Below, piece after piece: positions 63,807 through 64,000 of a stretch of 64,000 bases of DNA. The position numbers were made by a program, and so were the translations under genes. Source of the stretch: an uncultured Spirochaetota bacterium (GTDB taxonomy: Bacteria > Spirochaetota > Brevinematia > Brevinematales > JAOACQ01); NCBI GenBank assembly GCA_963783575.1, contig CAWAOD010000013.1, forward strand, positions 128,001-192,000, given 5' to 3'. A model generated the notes under the pieces. The model saw nothing but the letters and a program-made list of their open reading frames with translations. It was not told the DNA's origin and searched no databases. Positions within the stretch are counted from its first letter, which is position 1, and every line of letters begins with the position of its first letter.

Positions 63807-64000
63807 ATGCGCTGCCATGTTAATAGAAAGCAATTTAACGCAAAGATGTGCTTTGTTTGCGGATTGGATAATAATTCAGGGTTAAAAGCATCTTTTTATG
63901 AGACGGAAAATAATCAGCTTGTAGCTATTTTTAATCCGAATGAATTCCATCAAAGTTACCCGAACCGTTTACATGGAGGCGTAATCACAGCTATTCTTGA
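63807..64000 (+). CDS. PaaI-family thioesterase, 3'-truncated by the window edge
   Basis: GAGGAG RBS; MCFVCGLDNNSGL...HQSYPNRLHGGVITAIL. Confidence 0.85.
   Translation, partial: MRCHVNRKQFNAKMCFVCGLDNNSGLKASFYETENNQLVAIFNPNEFHQSYPNRLHGGVITAIL

Overview
Chromosomal window of an AT-rich, probably anaerobic bacterium. The 16S sequence and gene content suggest a spirochaete, possibly Brevinematales-like, but this is inference and was not checked against a database. Core content: rpsB-tsf-pyrH-rsmD-tsaB, asd, purC, ogt, rlmB, ackA, rnhC, galT, two sigma-54 enhancer-binding response regulators, a triple Hsp20 operon with a sigma-54 promoter, a linked rRNA operon (16S-tRNA-Ile-tRNA-Ala-23S-5S), tRNA-Pro, a rubredoxin-hemerythrin-rubrerythrin cluster and a TetR-HlyD-ABC export operon. 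Mobile content: an IS4-family element and an IS1182 element, both inserted into REP-like repeats, two MITE families, and intact or decayed toxin-antitoxin modules. The most unusual signal is intergenic: (i) a dispersed three-hairpin element with compensatory base changes, always in sense orientation just downstream of genes; (ii) 9-nt-periodic inverted repeats around a deleted GxxExxY gene; (iii) cargo segments flanked by long (30, 42 and about 160 bp) direct repeats, with nested insertions. Three conserved genes carry single extra-base homopolymer frameshifts that are probably sequencing errors. No CRISPR array was seen.
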